From: Raja brachyura
Taxonomy: Eukaryota
Reading direction: 5' to 3'
Assembly: GCA_963514005.1 (NCBI GenBank)
Contig: OY740788.1
Location: 88,164,001 to 88,228,000 of the forward strand
Length of the DNA: 64,000 nt
Shown here: piece by piece, positions 1 to 13,609 of the stretch
How the letters are laid out: the number at the start of each line of letters is the position of its first letter
Position numbering within the stretch: the first letter of the stretch is position 1
Position numbers and translations under genes: made by a program
Notes under the pieces: model-generated
What the model was told of the DNA's origin: nothing
The model's input: the letters and a program-made list of their open reading frames with translations, nothing else
Database searches by the model: none

Positions 1-488
1 GTACCCTCTCTATTTTGTTGACATCCTTCCTATAATTGGGCGACCAAAATTGTACACCATAAGATGGATTTAGATGGATATGAGCCAAATGCAGGCATGT
101 GGGACTAGGAACAAATGTCAACTTGGTCAGCATTGACATGTTGTACAGGTGTATGAAGCTATGACGATATCACTGGTAGAATGTTTAAAAACCCAAGGTA
201 ACCAACAGGTGAACATTGTACTGCAAGATCAACAACCTGAAACTTTGACTCCAAAGATAGACAGAGAAAGCTGGAATAACTCAGCGGGTCAAGCAGCCTA
301 TCTTTGGTGTCTATCTTCAGTGTAAACCAGCATCTGCAGTTCCTCCCTGCACACTTTGACTCGACAGCTCTTTCCATAGATACTGCAGGAACCATTAAGT
401 ATCCGCACCACTCTCCGCTATATTCCAGGATATTCACTCTCTCCTGCCTGGAATCTGCCGCTGATGTCTGTCTCTGGTTCATTTCCAG

Positions 489-640
489 TTTGTGGTCAGG
501 AGGACACACACTCTCAGGCAGAGGAGAGACTCTTCAAGCATCTCTTTACCGGGTACAACCGCTGGTCCAGACCTGTGGCCAACAGCTCGGATGCCGTCAT
601 TGTGAACTTTGGCCTTTCCATTGCCCAGCTGATCGACGTG
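489..640 (+). CDS. CHRNA2: nAChR alpha-2 subunit, coding exon 2 (..EERLFKHLFTGYNRWSRPV..LSIAQLIDV)
   Basis: tttccag acceptor, GTGAGA donor, 152 nt; RLFKHLF.GYNRW matches alpha2 rather than alpha4. The signal-peptide exon was not found and presumably lies upstream of the window. Confidence 0.9.
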
Positions 641-779
641 GTGAGATGCGTCTGGTTTAAGAGGCAGTGGGGATGGGGTGGAATGCCCTTTGTAGGAAAG
701 GATGTAACTGAGGAAGTCTACCAGCATGTATCACAGAGTGCAAGAAACCCGCAAGCTGCTTTCTGCCAAATAGTCAAAG

Positions 780-1095
780 GCTGGCGTAGCACAGAGGCAC
801 AACTGGTAGAATTACTACCTCACAATGTCAGAAACCCGGGTTTGATCCTGACCTTGGTTGCTGTCCATGTGTAATTTGCTATTTCTGCCTGTGGCCATGT
901 GGGCTTTCTCCCACATCCCATAAACATGGAGGTTTGTAGGTTACTCATCCTTTGTAAAATTCCCTCTAATGTAGGGAGTGGATGAGAAAGCGGAACTATT
1001 GCTAGTTCCACTATTGACTGGAACTGACAGAAGTAGTCTGAATGGGTGATTGATATTTGTCATGGACTCAGTAGGCAAAAGGGCCTTTAGCCATG
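780..1095 (+). mobile_element. tRNA-derived V-SINE (HE1-like)
   Basis: tRNA-like head (TGGTAGA..GGGTTTGATCC), V-domain-like core, CR1-type tail ending (TAAAC)n. Further copies near 2630-2870(-), 4290-4540(+), 5456-5722(+), 6160-6450(+), 20325-20640(-), 41353-41620(+), 51500-51740(-). Confidence 0.75.
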
Positions 1096-2164
1096 CTGTG
1101 TCTCTAAACTAAACTGGGTTAACCAGGGAAAGGAGATTTTAAGGTAGAGAGAGGTTGAAAAGTACAATGAAGTTCTGCAAACAACCTTTTGGGAGTGGAG
1201 TAACATGGCTAGGAGTTTTAATTTTATTCATGTTGAAGTAAGGTTGATTACGCTACAAAGGGTACAGAACAGATGCACAAGGATATTGCTGGGTCTGGAG
1301 GGCTCAACTTGTAAGGAGAGACTGGGTAGAACTTTGGCTATTTTCCCCTTGAGCATAGGAGGCTGAGGGGTGACCTAATGGGGGTTTATTAGATCATGAA
1401 GGACATAGATAAATCGAGTGGAAATACGGTTGTGGAGTCTACAATTTAAGATGAAAGGGGAAAGGTTTAACAGAAACCTGAGGGGCAACGTTTTCACAGG
1501 GAGTTTGCTGTGTATGGAATAAGCTGACAGAGGAAGTACAGGCATTTAAAAGATATTTGGATAATTATGGGTTTAGGGGATGTGGGTCAAATGCAGGCAA
1601 ATGTGAAGAGCACATGAAGGCATCTTACTTGGCATGGATGAGGCAGCCTATGGGTATGTTTGCATGTTTATAACTCATTGACGGTGGATAAACCAGACAC
1701 AAATAAACAGATTTATAGGAATAGATATTAAAGTTTAACAAGCCTGCTCCTGAATCATTTACAGTATATCCACTCTGTTGGTTGTCATCTGCATTTCAGT
1801 GATTGAGTGGGTCTGATTATCTCTGGCAATCTGCTGTAGTTTGTAACCATTAACACATCCTGTGGGCCTCCATCCTCTCACACAGTGCTGGAAAATGGAA
1901 GGCAGAGAGGAAGTCTGGATGGAAGCCAGATATTCCCCAGAGCGAGCGAGTGATCTACACCCTGACTCTCTCCATTCCACTGAGGCCTATTCACAAGTAC
2001 TTGTGAATGCAGCAGTCATCTAGATATGGGAATTGTTTTTGCCTTATTGGAGGGGGGGGTCAACACTCCTGCTCATCGCAACCTAAAGGAATTTAGTGCT
2101 TCTGTGGGTTAGGGTTCTTGAAGGTTGCCATTCAGACATGAAGAATAGGTTCCTAAGTGGATTA

Positions 2165-2576
2165 TTTTTGCTGGAATTTAGAAGATTGAGGGGGGATCTT
2201 ATAGAAACGTACACAATTCTTAAGGGGTTGGACAGGCTAGATGCAGGAAGATTGTTCCTGATGTTGGGGAGGTCCAGAACAAGGGGTCACAGTTTAAGTA
2301 TAAGGGGGATGTCTTTTAGGACCGAGATGAGAAAACATTTTTCACACAGAGAGTGGTGAATCTGTGGAATTTTCTGCCACAGAAAGTAGTTGAGGCCAGT
2401 TCATTGGCTATATTTAAGAGGGAGTTAGCTGTGGCCCTTGTGGCTAAAGGGGATCAGGGGGTATGGAGAGAAGGCAGGTACAGGATACTGAGTTGGATGA
2501 TCAGCCATGATCATATCGAATGGCGGTGCAGGCTCGAAGGGCCAAATGGCCTACTCCTGCACTTAATTTCTATGTT
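2165..2576 (+). mobile_element. CR1 LINE 3' end
   Basis: [21 protein letters not shown] peptide and 3' UTR ending TTTCTATG; similar copy at about 10875-11333. Confidence 0.85.
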
Positions 2577-4752
2577 TAATTTTGGGGTAGAAATTGGTCT
2601 TTGACTTTTAATAGAGGGGAATGTTCTTAGTTTAGTCTAGAGATAAAGCGAGGAAACGGGCCCTCCCGTCGACTGTGATCCCCGACTCGGCACTATTTAG
2701 ATTTTTTACAAAAGCCAATGAACCTACAAGCCTGTGTATCTTTGAGGTGTGGGAGGAAACCAGAGCCTGTGGTCACGGGGAGAACGTACAAACTCCGTAC
2801 AGACAGGACCCAGAGTCAGGATCGAACCTGGGTCTCTGACGCTGCAAGGCAGCAACTCTACCATGCCTCCCCTGTCCTGGGGGACCAGACAGGGCAGCAT
2901 GGGAGAAACGTGATGGGTGGAGTGCATGTTGGGGTGGGGTGAGGGAGCGTTGAGGGTTCCAGGAGGAATGGGAAAGTTGGAGCAGAACGCAGGGAGCAGG
3001 GGAGAAGATGATGAGCAGCAGGTGGAGAGGAGAGTGCTGAAGACTCAGCCAGTGCCTCCCCCGACGGGACACTATATGATGGAGTGAGTGATCACTCAGC
3101 ACCACCCCCACCACCCCCCCCCCCCCCCCCCATCCCTCTCCCCCTCCATTTCCCTCTCCCTTTCCCTCACCCCACCCTCCAAGGGGTGACATTATATTTC
3201 TATAATGTCATTGCTCAGGCACCCACAGGATAAAAATCTCAGCCTGCCCAACCTCTCACAGGTCCCTTGAGTCCTGGCAACATTGCGCTGAAGATTCACT
3301 GCACTCTCTCCAGCTAAAAGGCACTTTTCCACAGCTGGGAGACCAAGCGATACACAATACTTCAAGTGCAGCCTCACTAATGTCTTATACAATAGCAGCA
3401 TAACATCCCAACCTCTCTGTTCAATTTGCTGGCTTGATGAACGCCAGCATGCCAAACACTTTCTTCATCACCCTATCTACGTGCAATGCCACTTTCAGGG
3501 AGCTGTGCACTCCCCGGCCCCTGTCCCCGTCAACGGCATCTAACGCCCTCCCATTCACTGGAAACGTCTACCCTGATCTGACATCTCAAAATGCAATATC
3601 CGGTACTCACCTGAATTAAACTCTAATCGCAATTCATCAGCCAAGTTACCCAATTCTTTATAGTTCTTTATAATTCTCATCTGCGATACCAGCTATTTTA
3701 GGGTAATCTGAAAATGTACTAACCATGGTTTGTACATTCTCATGCAAATCATTTAAACACATGACAACATTCAAGAGAGAGCAGTTCCCTCGAAGTCGGC
3801 TTTGAGCACACCCCGGAAATGATTGTAGAAAGAATTGCAGATGCCCGTTTGTAGCAAAGATAATCACAATGTGCTGGAGTACCTCAACATGTCAGCGGGA
3901 CAGCATCTCCGGAGAAAAAAGAATGGTGATGTTTCAGGTCGGGACCCTTCTTCAGACTGCTTTTTAAAAAATGATCTCGTCAGCAAGGTCCAGAAAGGGG
4001 TTGATGGCGGTCTGGGGGAGTCCAAGAGGAAGGGAAATGTTGGAGACAGGAGAAGTGGCCATCACTGGGCAGTGAGGACTCCTTCCCACAGGAGGAGGCG
4101 GAGGCGGGGGAGGAAGAAGAAGGGCTCCGACCCACGACATCACCAATCCTTTTTCTCCATAGATGCTGCCTGACCCGCTGAGTTACTCCAGCACGTTGGT
4201 GTCTATCCTAGAATCTTCAGTTTGGTGGAAATCTCCTCTGTACCAGGTCTGTGAGTTGAGGCTGTGGATCGGGAGTAGACACAAAGTGGGCGGCAGTGGG
4301 AGAGTTGCTGCCTTCAGCACCAGTGACCCGGGTTCGACATTGACTGCGAGTGCTGTCTGTACGAAGTTTGTATGTTCTTTTGGTGACCGTGTGGGTTTTC
4401 CTCAGGTGCTCCGGTTTCCTCCCGCACTCGAAAGACGTACAGGTTTGTACGTGTAGTGTACGGGGATCGCTGGTCGGCCCGGACTCGATGGGCCTTGTAT
4501 CTCTAAGGCCACCTTATATCTCTAAACTAAGCTAAACTAAACAAAGTGAGTAACTCAGCATCTCTGTGGAAAAATGTGTGGATGACGATTCTGGTCGGGA
4601 ATATGATGTTGGGCATGTTTTATCACGAGGTTTACGGGCAGTTAGGGACAGGCGGTAAATGCTGGTCTTGGCAGCGAGAACACATCAGCTGATTTATTTC
4701 TAGTTGACCATAACTCTGAGACTGATCGTTATCTCTCTGCCACCTCCTCTAG

Positions 4753-4797
4753 GATGAGAAGAACCAGATGATGACGACCAATGTGTGGCTCAAGCAG
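4753..4797 (+). CDS. CHRNA2: nAChR alpha-2, 45-nt exon (DEKNQMMTTNVWLKQ)
   Basis: ctctag acceptor, GTGGGT donor; canonical 45-nt nAChR exon. Confidence 0.95.
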
Positions 4798-5759
4798 GTG
4801 GGTCTTTCCATTCCATGCGTTTGCACCTCAGGACAGGGCCATCCCAGGATCACAAGCTGCTGGGTTAGGTCTCCTTGTTCTCCATCTATAGTTTTTATGA
4901 GCCGGCACCATGGGCATCAAAGCCAATCTCTTCATGGCTGTGCTAAGTACCAATAGTTTAGCCCAGGCCCACACCTGCAGAACATAGAACATGATGCTCT
5001 TCAGTCTACATTGTCTGTGCTGAACATGATGCCATGTTAAATGAATCTCACCTGCATGCTCTCCATTCCCTGCTTATCCATGTGCCTACCTAAAATGCCA
5101 CATATCTGCTTCCACCCCCACCCCTACCCCTGTCAGTGTGTGATAGGCACCCACCGCACTCACTGGGGGAAAAAAACCTGCCCCGCACATCTCTATTAAA
5201 ACTTCACTGTCTGACCTTAAAACTTTGCCCTCGAACCATGTCAGTAAACTTCTTATCCACCCTTTGCAAAGTGTCCACATCCTGATGGGACCATAACTGC
5301 AAAGAATATTCCAAAGATGTCCCAAGCTTTCAAGGAGCCTCTTGGCACCTCATGGGCTTTTGTGCTTCTTCGATGAAAGTCTGAACATTTTGGTTTGATA
5401 TCTATATCAATATCCTTATTTTAGAACAATGTCTCCATAGAACAGTGTAGTAGTAGGCGGCATTGTGGTGCAGTGGTAGAGTTGCTGCCTTACAATTCCA
5501 GAGACCCGGGTTCGATCTTGACTACTGATGCTGTCTGTACGATGTTTGCAGTTCTCCCTGTGACCACATGGGTTTTCTCTGGGTACCTCCGTGCTTCAAA
5601 GACATACAGCTTTGTAGGTTAATTAGCTTTGGTAAATAAATAATTGTCCCTATAGTGTAGAATAGTGCTAGTGTACGGGTCAACACGTTACTCCGTTCCC
5701 ATGCCGTATCTTTGAACTAAACTGTCGTCTTCTATTTCTAATTCTTGTGTCTGTTCCAG

Positions 5760-5869
5760 GAGTGGTTTGATTACAAACTCACATGGGACCCTGGGGAGTT
5801 TGATAACATTACGTCAATCCGTGTCCCATCTGAGATGATCTGGATACCCGACATGGTTCTGTACAACAA
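5760..5869 (+). CDS. CHRNA2: nAChR alpha-2, 110-nt exon ([36 protein letters not shown])
   Basis: ttccag acceptor, GTAGGT donor; canonical 110-nt exon; not in the ORF track, translated by hand. Confidence 0.95.
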
Positions 5870-7225
5870 GTAGGTCTCACTAACCTGCTGATCAACTTGT
5901 CCAATTTCAGAGGATAGATCAGCACAGCCAATAAAAGTACAAATCAGGCCATTGGCAATCACATGAGCAAGGTTTAGACTACTGATCCCAAATCTGCCCG
6001 GACAGTGAGCAAGGCTCCCTCAGCACTGCCCTGGCACCAAATTGTGTGTTGCACACAGAGTAAAACATTCTCAACACTATCCCATTGAGCATATTTTCAG
6101 TTAAGGGCTTTTGTAGGTTCTGCTACAATGAGTGTTCCCATTATGGATGGCACAATCAGTGGGCAGCAGGGTGGTAGAGCTGCTGCCTCACAGTGCTGGA
6201 AACCCGGGTTTGATCCTGATCTCGGGTGCTCTCTGCACGAGGTTTGCACCTTCACGCTGTGACCACACGGGTTTCCTTCTAAAACACAAAGAGACGCGCA
6301 TTTGTAGGTTAATTGACCTCTATAAATTACTCCTATTGTGTAGGGATTGGATGAGAACGTAAGATAAGATAGAAGTAGTGAGAACGGATAATCGATGGTC
6401 AGCATGGACTCAATGGGCCAAAGTGCCTGTTTCCATGGTATTTCTATACTAGTGCTAATTATATATTACGCATGATGAATTAGGGAATACAATTTGTATC
6501 AGGTGGGCTGAATTAGTTATAATGCAATTTTGATCAGGAACTAACGTCCATTTAAAATTTACTTTGAAAATTGATAAGCAGGAAAAAGGCTGTTTTGGAA
6601 AAAAACAGTGTAAGGGAAAAGAAATGTCCATGTAACCTCCCCACAGTAACAAGAACCATTGTTTCTTAAGAACAGAAGACTGGCGGTCACATACTTGGGT
6701 ATTTTTAAACAGAGTTTGACAGATTCTTGATTATTAAGGGCGTCAAGGTTATGAGGAGAAAGCAGGAGAATGGAGTTGCTAAGGAAAGATAGATCAACCA
6801 TGACGCGATGGGCCGAATGGCCTAATTCTGTTCTTCTGACATGAACTTGTGAACATAGTCAGTCAGTTTGTTAGTGGGCTGTCATTGACGTTGTTTCTAT
6901 TGCCACTTGTGCAATGATATGGTATTAACCAATGTAACATGCAGCCTTTAGCATTTTGAGCTTGCAGTAACATAAATAAACTCATAGCTATTAAAAAAGG
7001 TAATTTAGTTATGAAAGTCCTGCTCCTCGTGCCTGTGCTGCGAGCAGGACAATGGTTATCCCAGGGACTCCACCAGCTTGGACTGGGATCATTTAAATCA
7101 GTTTGAAGTTAACCTCTCACTAATGTTGGAGGCAGCTGCTTTAGACTGAGCCAGGATGAGGCAATTGATTGCAAGTGTAAGCACCAGTTTTCTCCTTGTT
7201 GCTGCCCTGTGTTTCCTGGTTGCAG

Positions 7226-8249
7226 TGCGGATGGTGAGTTTGCTGTGACACACATGACCAAGGCTCACCTCTTCTCTGCCGGACGGGTCCAGTGGATTCC
7301 CCCAGCCATCTACAAGAGCTCCTGCAACATCGACGTCACCTTCTTCCCCTTCGACCAGCAGAACTGCAAGATGAAGTTCGGCTCCTGGACACACGACAAG
7401 TCCAAGATTGATCTGCGGAACATGGACAGGAACGTAGACCTGAAGGACTATTGGGAGAGCGGTGAGTGGGCCATTGTCAATGCTGTGGGCATCTACAATA
7501 GCAAGAAGTACGACTGTTGCTACGAAGTCTACGTCGATATTACGTACTCCTTCATCATTAGGAGGCTCCCGCTCTTCTACACAATTAACCTGATCATTCC
7601 CTGCCTGCTCATCTCCTGCCTCACCGTCCTGGTCTTCTACCTTCCCTCCGGCTGCGGGGAGAAGATCACCCTATGTATCTCGGTCCTGCTCTCGCTAACT
7701 GTCTTCCTGCTGCTGATCACGGAGATCATTCCCTCCACCTCCCTGGTCATCCCTTTAATTGGCGAGTACCTGCTCTTCACCATGATCTTTGTCACCCTCT
7801 CCATTGTCATCACCGTCTTCGTCCTCAACGTCCACCACCGTTCGCCCAACACCCACAAGATGCACCGTTGGGTCCGAAAGGTGTTCCTGGAGTTTGTTCC
7901 CCGCTGGCTCTTCATGAGGAGACCGGGACGCCAGGCGGAGACCTTCGCCAACCACCTCGGGCTGCTGGGGCCCTGCCAGGGATGCCCACGGCCCGAGCTC
8001 AGGGACTCCAGTGCCAGCTTGGCGTTGTGCCAGGCGAGGTCACCGCAGGGCGTGCACGCCCGTGGCTGCCAGAGCCACCTGGAGACTGGCGTGTGCGCGG
8101 GAGGGAGAGCCGACCATGGCTGGAGGAGTTGTCCCAGTGGGAGCATGGAGGCCGAGTCCAACCCGCTCCTGTCTGCCAACATCCTCCGGGCTCTGGAGGG
8201 AGTGAATTACATCGCCAACCACCTGCGGGCAGAGGACGCGGACTTCTCG
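7226..8249 (+). CDS. CHRNA2: nAChR alpha-2, large exon: Cys-loop, vicinal CC (loop C), M1-M3, intracellular loop
   Basis: Lies in ORF 7209..8423; ttgcag acceptor, donor after DFS (GTGGGT). [39 protein letters not shown] and the short M3-M4 loop are alpha2-type. Confidence 0.93.
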
Positions 8250-9214
8250 GTGGGTATGGGGTGGGTGGGGCACAAGTTGGGTGGGGAGCATGTTTGGCGG
8301 AGGAGCTGGGAGAGTTGGTGGGGGTGGGGCAAGCGGGGAGATGCTGGGAAGTTTGGGACATCAGCATGGGCTTGGGTGGAGGAAGTGACAATGGCTGGGA
8401 ACATTGTGGTGGGTGGAGGATGAGGTAGGGACCAGAGGTAGCAGAGTCGGGTAGACTGGGGCAGGAGGTGCATGGGTTGGTGAAGGATAGAAACATATGG
8501 CTGGGAGATTGCGGAGTGTCTGTGGCGTTTGCAGTTGATCAGGTTTAGGGGCTGGAGTGGGGAAGGAACAAGGCAGATGCTTGGGAGGCTTCCTGGACAA
8601 AGGGACCATGGAGAAAAGGGACTAATAGATGGGCTTGCGTATTAAGATATTGAGTGCTTCTCAAAGTTCTTGAAACAGAGCAGTTTTATCAGTTCACAAA
8701 GTAATTATAGCTACATAATCACCCTGCTGTACTGATACAAAACTGACAGATGCTCCATAGTGAATGTGGAGACTCCTTCACGTTGGGTTGGGTCAGTTGG
8801 GCAGGAACAGTGATCAGCAGTAGTCAATTCTTTAGTCAGAGGGCGGTGAATCTGTGGAATTCTTTAACACAAAAGGCTGTGGAGGCAAAGTCAGTAGAAA
8901 TATCTAAGGCAGAGATGGATAGATTCTCGATTGGTTCAGATGTCAGAGGTTATGGGGAGAAGGCAGCAGAATGGGGTTAGGAGGGAGAGATAGATCAGCC
9001 ATGATTGAATGGCAGAATCAATGATGGGCTGAATGGCCTAATTCTACTCCTATCATATGATCTTATGAACCATAGGCCACAATGGCCTTCATCTTCTCCA
9101 TTCATCAAGGTGTTAAACCGACACAAAGATAGAAGATCTAACTTGGAGCTCACAATAGTTTGCGACTTAGTCATGACCCTTCCTCATATCTGGCTTAACT
9201 CAAGTGGTCTTTGT

Positions 9215-10262
9215 GCACCCTGTGTAGGCACAAGGCTGCACTATTGTACAATGCCTGAGAGCCTGGTTCGATCCTGACTACGGGTACTTTCAGTACAGTG
9301 TTTCTATGTTCTCCCCATCACCTGTGTGGGTTTTCCCCGGGTGACAATATACAATAGACTATAGGTGCAGGAGTAGGCCATTTGGCCCTTTGAGCCAGCA
9401 CCTATTCAATGTGATCATGGCTGATCATCCCCAATCAGTACCCCGTTTCTGCCTTCTCCCCATATCCGCTATTTTTAAGAGCCCTATCTAGCTCTCTCTT
9501 TAAAGCATCCTGGGAACCTGCCTCCACCGCCCTCTGAGGCAGAGAATTCCACAGACTCACCACTCTCTGTGAGAAAAAGTGTTTCCTCGTCTCCGTTCTA
9601 AATGGCTTACTCCTTAGTCTTAAATTGTGGCCCCTGGTTCTGAAATCCCCCAACATCGGGAACATGTTTCCTGCCTCTAGTGTGTCCAAGCCCTTAACAA
9701 TCTTATATGTTTCAATGAGATCCTTCTAAACTCCAGAGTGTACAAGCCCAGCTGCTCCATTCTCTCAGCATATGACAGTCCCGCCATCCCGGGAATTAAC
9801 CTTGTAAACCTACGCTGCACTCTCTCAATAGCAAGAATGTCCTTCCTCAAATTAGGGGACCAAAACTGCACACAATACTCCAGGTGTGGTCTCACTAGGG
9901 CTCTGTACAACTGCAGAAGGACCTCTTTGCTCCTATATTTGATTCCTCTTGTTATAAAGGCCAACATGCCATTCGCTTTCTTCACTGCCTGCTGTACCTG
10001 CATGCTTACTTTCATAGACAGATGTACAAGGATCCCCAGATCCCGTTGTACTTCCCCTTTTCCCAACTTGATGCCATTTAGATAGTAGTGCTTTGATTTC
10101 CTCCCACACTCAAAAGACGTACAGGTTTGTAGCTAAATTAGCTTTGGTAAATATTGTAAATTGTCCCTTGTGTGTAGGATAGTGTTAATGAATGTGGATC
10201 GCTGGTCAGCGTGGACTCGGTGGGCCATTGGGCTTGTTTCACACTGTATCTCTATACTAAAC
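9215..10262 (+). mobile_element. HE1-like SINE split by an antisense CR1 3' fragment (about 9345-10088)
   Basis: SINE head ends near 9343 (ttccccgggtg) and resumes near 10090 (ttcctcccacactc); the CR1 RT C-terminus (ORF 9677..10066 -) lies between. Confidence 0.75.
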
Positions 10263-11795
10263 TCATGTAAACCCATTCTGACTGCACCAAACTAATTGAC
10301 TCGATACCAGGTGGAAAGCCATAGCAGGCCGTCACTAGGTTCTCCATTATCTGCATCCCAGCCAGCATAGAGCATTTATTTTAATTTAATTTCCCTGGGA
10401 ATCTAGTTCCCTGGTCACAAAATCTGTTTTGATGTTCTGTCATAAAACCATCCGTTTAAGCTTTTAATAAGTTAAAGAACACTGTCTCATCACATTTTTC
10501 TCTGACCATGAGATGCCACGTCAATGTAGTTAATATTTCTTCTCTGTACTCCCTCTATGGCAAGAATGTCTTTCCTCAGATTAGGAGACCAAAACTGTAC
10601 ACAATACTCCAGGTGTGGCCTCACCAAGGATCATCATGGATAGGAAGGTTTTTAAGGGACACAGGCCAAATATAAGCAAATGGGTTTAGCTCACGGAAAC
10701 AAGTTGGTCAGTATGGATATTTGGGCCAAAGGGCCTGTATCTCCCTCCACCTTATAATTCTGGTTCTGTGACTTTGAAAGGAACACATATTTGGAAGTGG
10801 AAGAGGAAACCGGAAAGTGGAACTCGCCATCGTGGGAAATGCCAAAAACAAACACATATCTGCACTAGAAAATTACATGTCAGGACTGTCTTATGAAAAA
10901 AGATTGCATAGACTTGGTTTATACGCTCTAGAATTTAGGAGATTGATCTTATAGAAACTTACAAAATTCTTAAGGGGTTGGACAGGCTAGATGCAGGAAG
11001 ATTGTTCCCGATGTTGGGCAGGTCCAGGACAAGGGGTCACAGCTTTGGGATAAGGGGAAAATCCTTTAGGACAGAGATGAGAAGGACTTTTTTCACACAG
11101 AGAGTGGTGGGTCTCTGGAACTCTCTGCCACAGAGGGTAGTTGAGGCCAGTTCATTGGCTATATTTAAGAGGGAGTTAGATGTGGCCCTTGTGGCTAAGG
11201 GGATCAGAGGGTATGGAGATAAGGCAGGTACGGGATACTGAGTTGGATGATCAGCCATGATCATATTGAATGGCGGTGCAGGCTCAAAGGGCCAAATGGC
11301 CTACTCCTGCACCTAATTTCTATGTTTCTATGTTAGATGCATATAGGAGAACAGGGAGGAAATGGTAGGCTGAGTTAATGTAGTTACACACAGAGTATAA
11401 ATACTGACGCTGAATGGGCTCTTCCTGTGCTCCATATAGCAAATCTATTATGTTTCCAAATGTAACAAAAGTGCCTCATGAATGTGTTCCCTAATATTTC
11501 TGGTCAAGGAGATCATTCCTTCTTTCCCAATGAATTCTGGAACTATCGGGCAGGTTGTAATACAGAAAGTCCAAGGTTTCTCCAGTCCACCTCACTCGTT
11601 GATGTGACTGGAATGTCCCACAAAGAATCTACCAGGACCACATCGGACTTTGCTCTGAGAACCCGGGAAACCTGGAGGTTGTAGTCGAGACCCTGTCTCC
11701 TGAATAGTGGATGCTGGAAAAGATCTCTGTTAAGATGGGCAGGTGGCAGATACCCTCACACATGAGGCAGCATGCCACATTTCCCCTCATTTTAA

Positions 11796-11954
<159 letters not shown>

Positions 11955-12108
11955 AGGATGCCATGTGCAAGGTGGGAAGAATAGTCCTGCCCTCTGATGT
12001 CCCAGGGCTCGGGGAAGAGGTTATTCAGTGACCCACACACTGAACCCCAACACACTCTTGCTTTCACCCACCAGCATTATCAATATAGCGTTTGGATGGA
12101 AACACATT

Positions 12109-12114
12109 AATAAA
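12109..12114 (+). terminator. Candidate polyadenylation signal of CHRNA2
   Basis: AATAAA about 155 nt after the stop, followed by a T/GT-rich tract. Confidence 0.55.
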
Positions 12115-13609
12115 AAATAATGATTTTAAAATGGTTGATTTGTGGTTCATTAAAAATCCTATCAGTAGCTTGGTACGTTTTCAATGTGATGGAATATTCC
12201 ATAACATTTCTGCATCTCTCTGCTCTTTTTGATGACTGGAAACATAGGCAGAGTTTTGGATTTCCACCAAGGAGACTTCACCTATTCTCTCATCATCTTC
12301 CTCATTGACCTGAGTGAGGAAGACTGCAGATTCCATCCATGACGGCCACTAGCCTTCCCTCCAACCTCCTGGGCCCCAACACAATAACATTCTGCTTTCT
12401 GGTACTGGGCAGTTATGAGACTTTGGGATAGGCACATGGATATGCAGGAAATGGAGGATACGGATTATGTACTGGCAGTGTTGGTCTTGGCTTCATGTTC
12501 GGCACAGACATTGTGGGGCAAAGGACCTATTCTCGTGCTTTGTGCTATGTTTTATGAGTAAATCCAATCCTTCAGCCTCAATGTTACCATTCAATAACCC
12601 ACACCCTGTGGAATTCAGTGCCACAGACGGCTGTGGTGGCCACGTCAATGGATATCTTGAAGGCAGAGATAGATTCTTGATTAGTATGGGTGCCAGAGGT
12701 TGTGGGGGGGAGGCAGGAGAATGGGGTTAGGAGAGAGCGATAGAACAGCCATGATTGAATGGTGAAGTAGACTTAATGGGCCAAATGGCCTAATTCTGCT
12801 CCTATCACTGATGACCTTATGGGCCCCTGTTCTTCCAATCCCAATGGTCCATGTAGGATCTCTTACCTTTTCTTCACATTTCCCAACATCCCTCCCTCCT
12901 TTACTGAGATTCATCACCCTCCATCCAACTATTTCCAACTGCCCATCATCAACACTTATCCACCTTATCTCCCTTGGTTGACCCTTCATATCTCTTTCCC
13001 GACCTGGCTCCATCTGCCCCTTGCCTCTGCCACGCTTAGTTCCAATACTGTCGCCTTGAATATTGTGTATATTTCATGTTTTTATCCTTTTGCGAGCAAA
13101 GCACCAAGCCAAATTCCTTGTATGTATGCATACTTGGCCATTAAACTTGTATTCAATTCAAGTCATTTAAATCCGGTCCTTCACCTGTTCTTGGAGGCCA
13201 GTTCCAGGCTCCCAGGATGTTGATGGTGGGTGACCCAGTGAAAGTGATTCCATTGACTATCAAACGTAAGTGATTTAATCTTCTTGTGGATATTGCCATG
13301 GCTTGATATTTGCATGACCAAAATGTTACTTGCCACTTATCAACCCATGCCAAAGTCTTGCTACATGAGACATGGACTGTTGCATTCACTTAAGAGTTGC
13401 ATCTTGATCAGCAAGGAAAGTTGTGCCAGAGGGCGTCTTTCTGTGCTGTGCACCTCTATGCTTTTATAACTATGACACTTCAGTGGATTTATTTACCTTT
13501 TTGCCCCTCAAGACTGCCAATGGCTCCTCTTTTGTAAAGTGGATGTTTCAAATCATCTCTGTTCTCTTCTTTGAATTCCTTCGTTTCCATTACCATCTCC
13601 ACTGTTAAG

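Noticed and set aside
8250-8423. G/W-rich C-terminal extension of the 404-aa ORF
   Set aside because: Read-through past the splice donor at 8250 into intron.
7637-8496. Overlapping alternative-frame and antisense ORFs (251, 181, 165 aa)
   Set aside because: By-products of GC-rich codon usage in the CHRNA2 exon; no recognisable domains.
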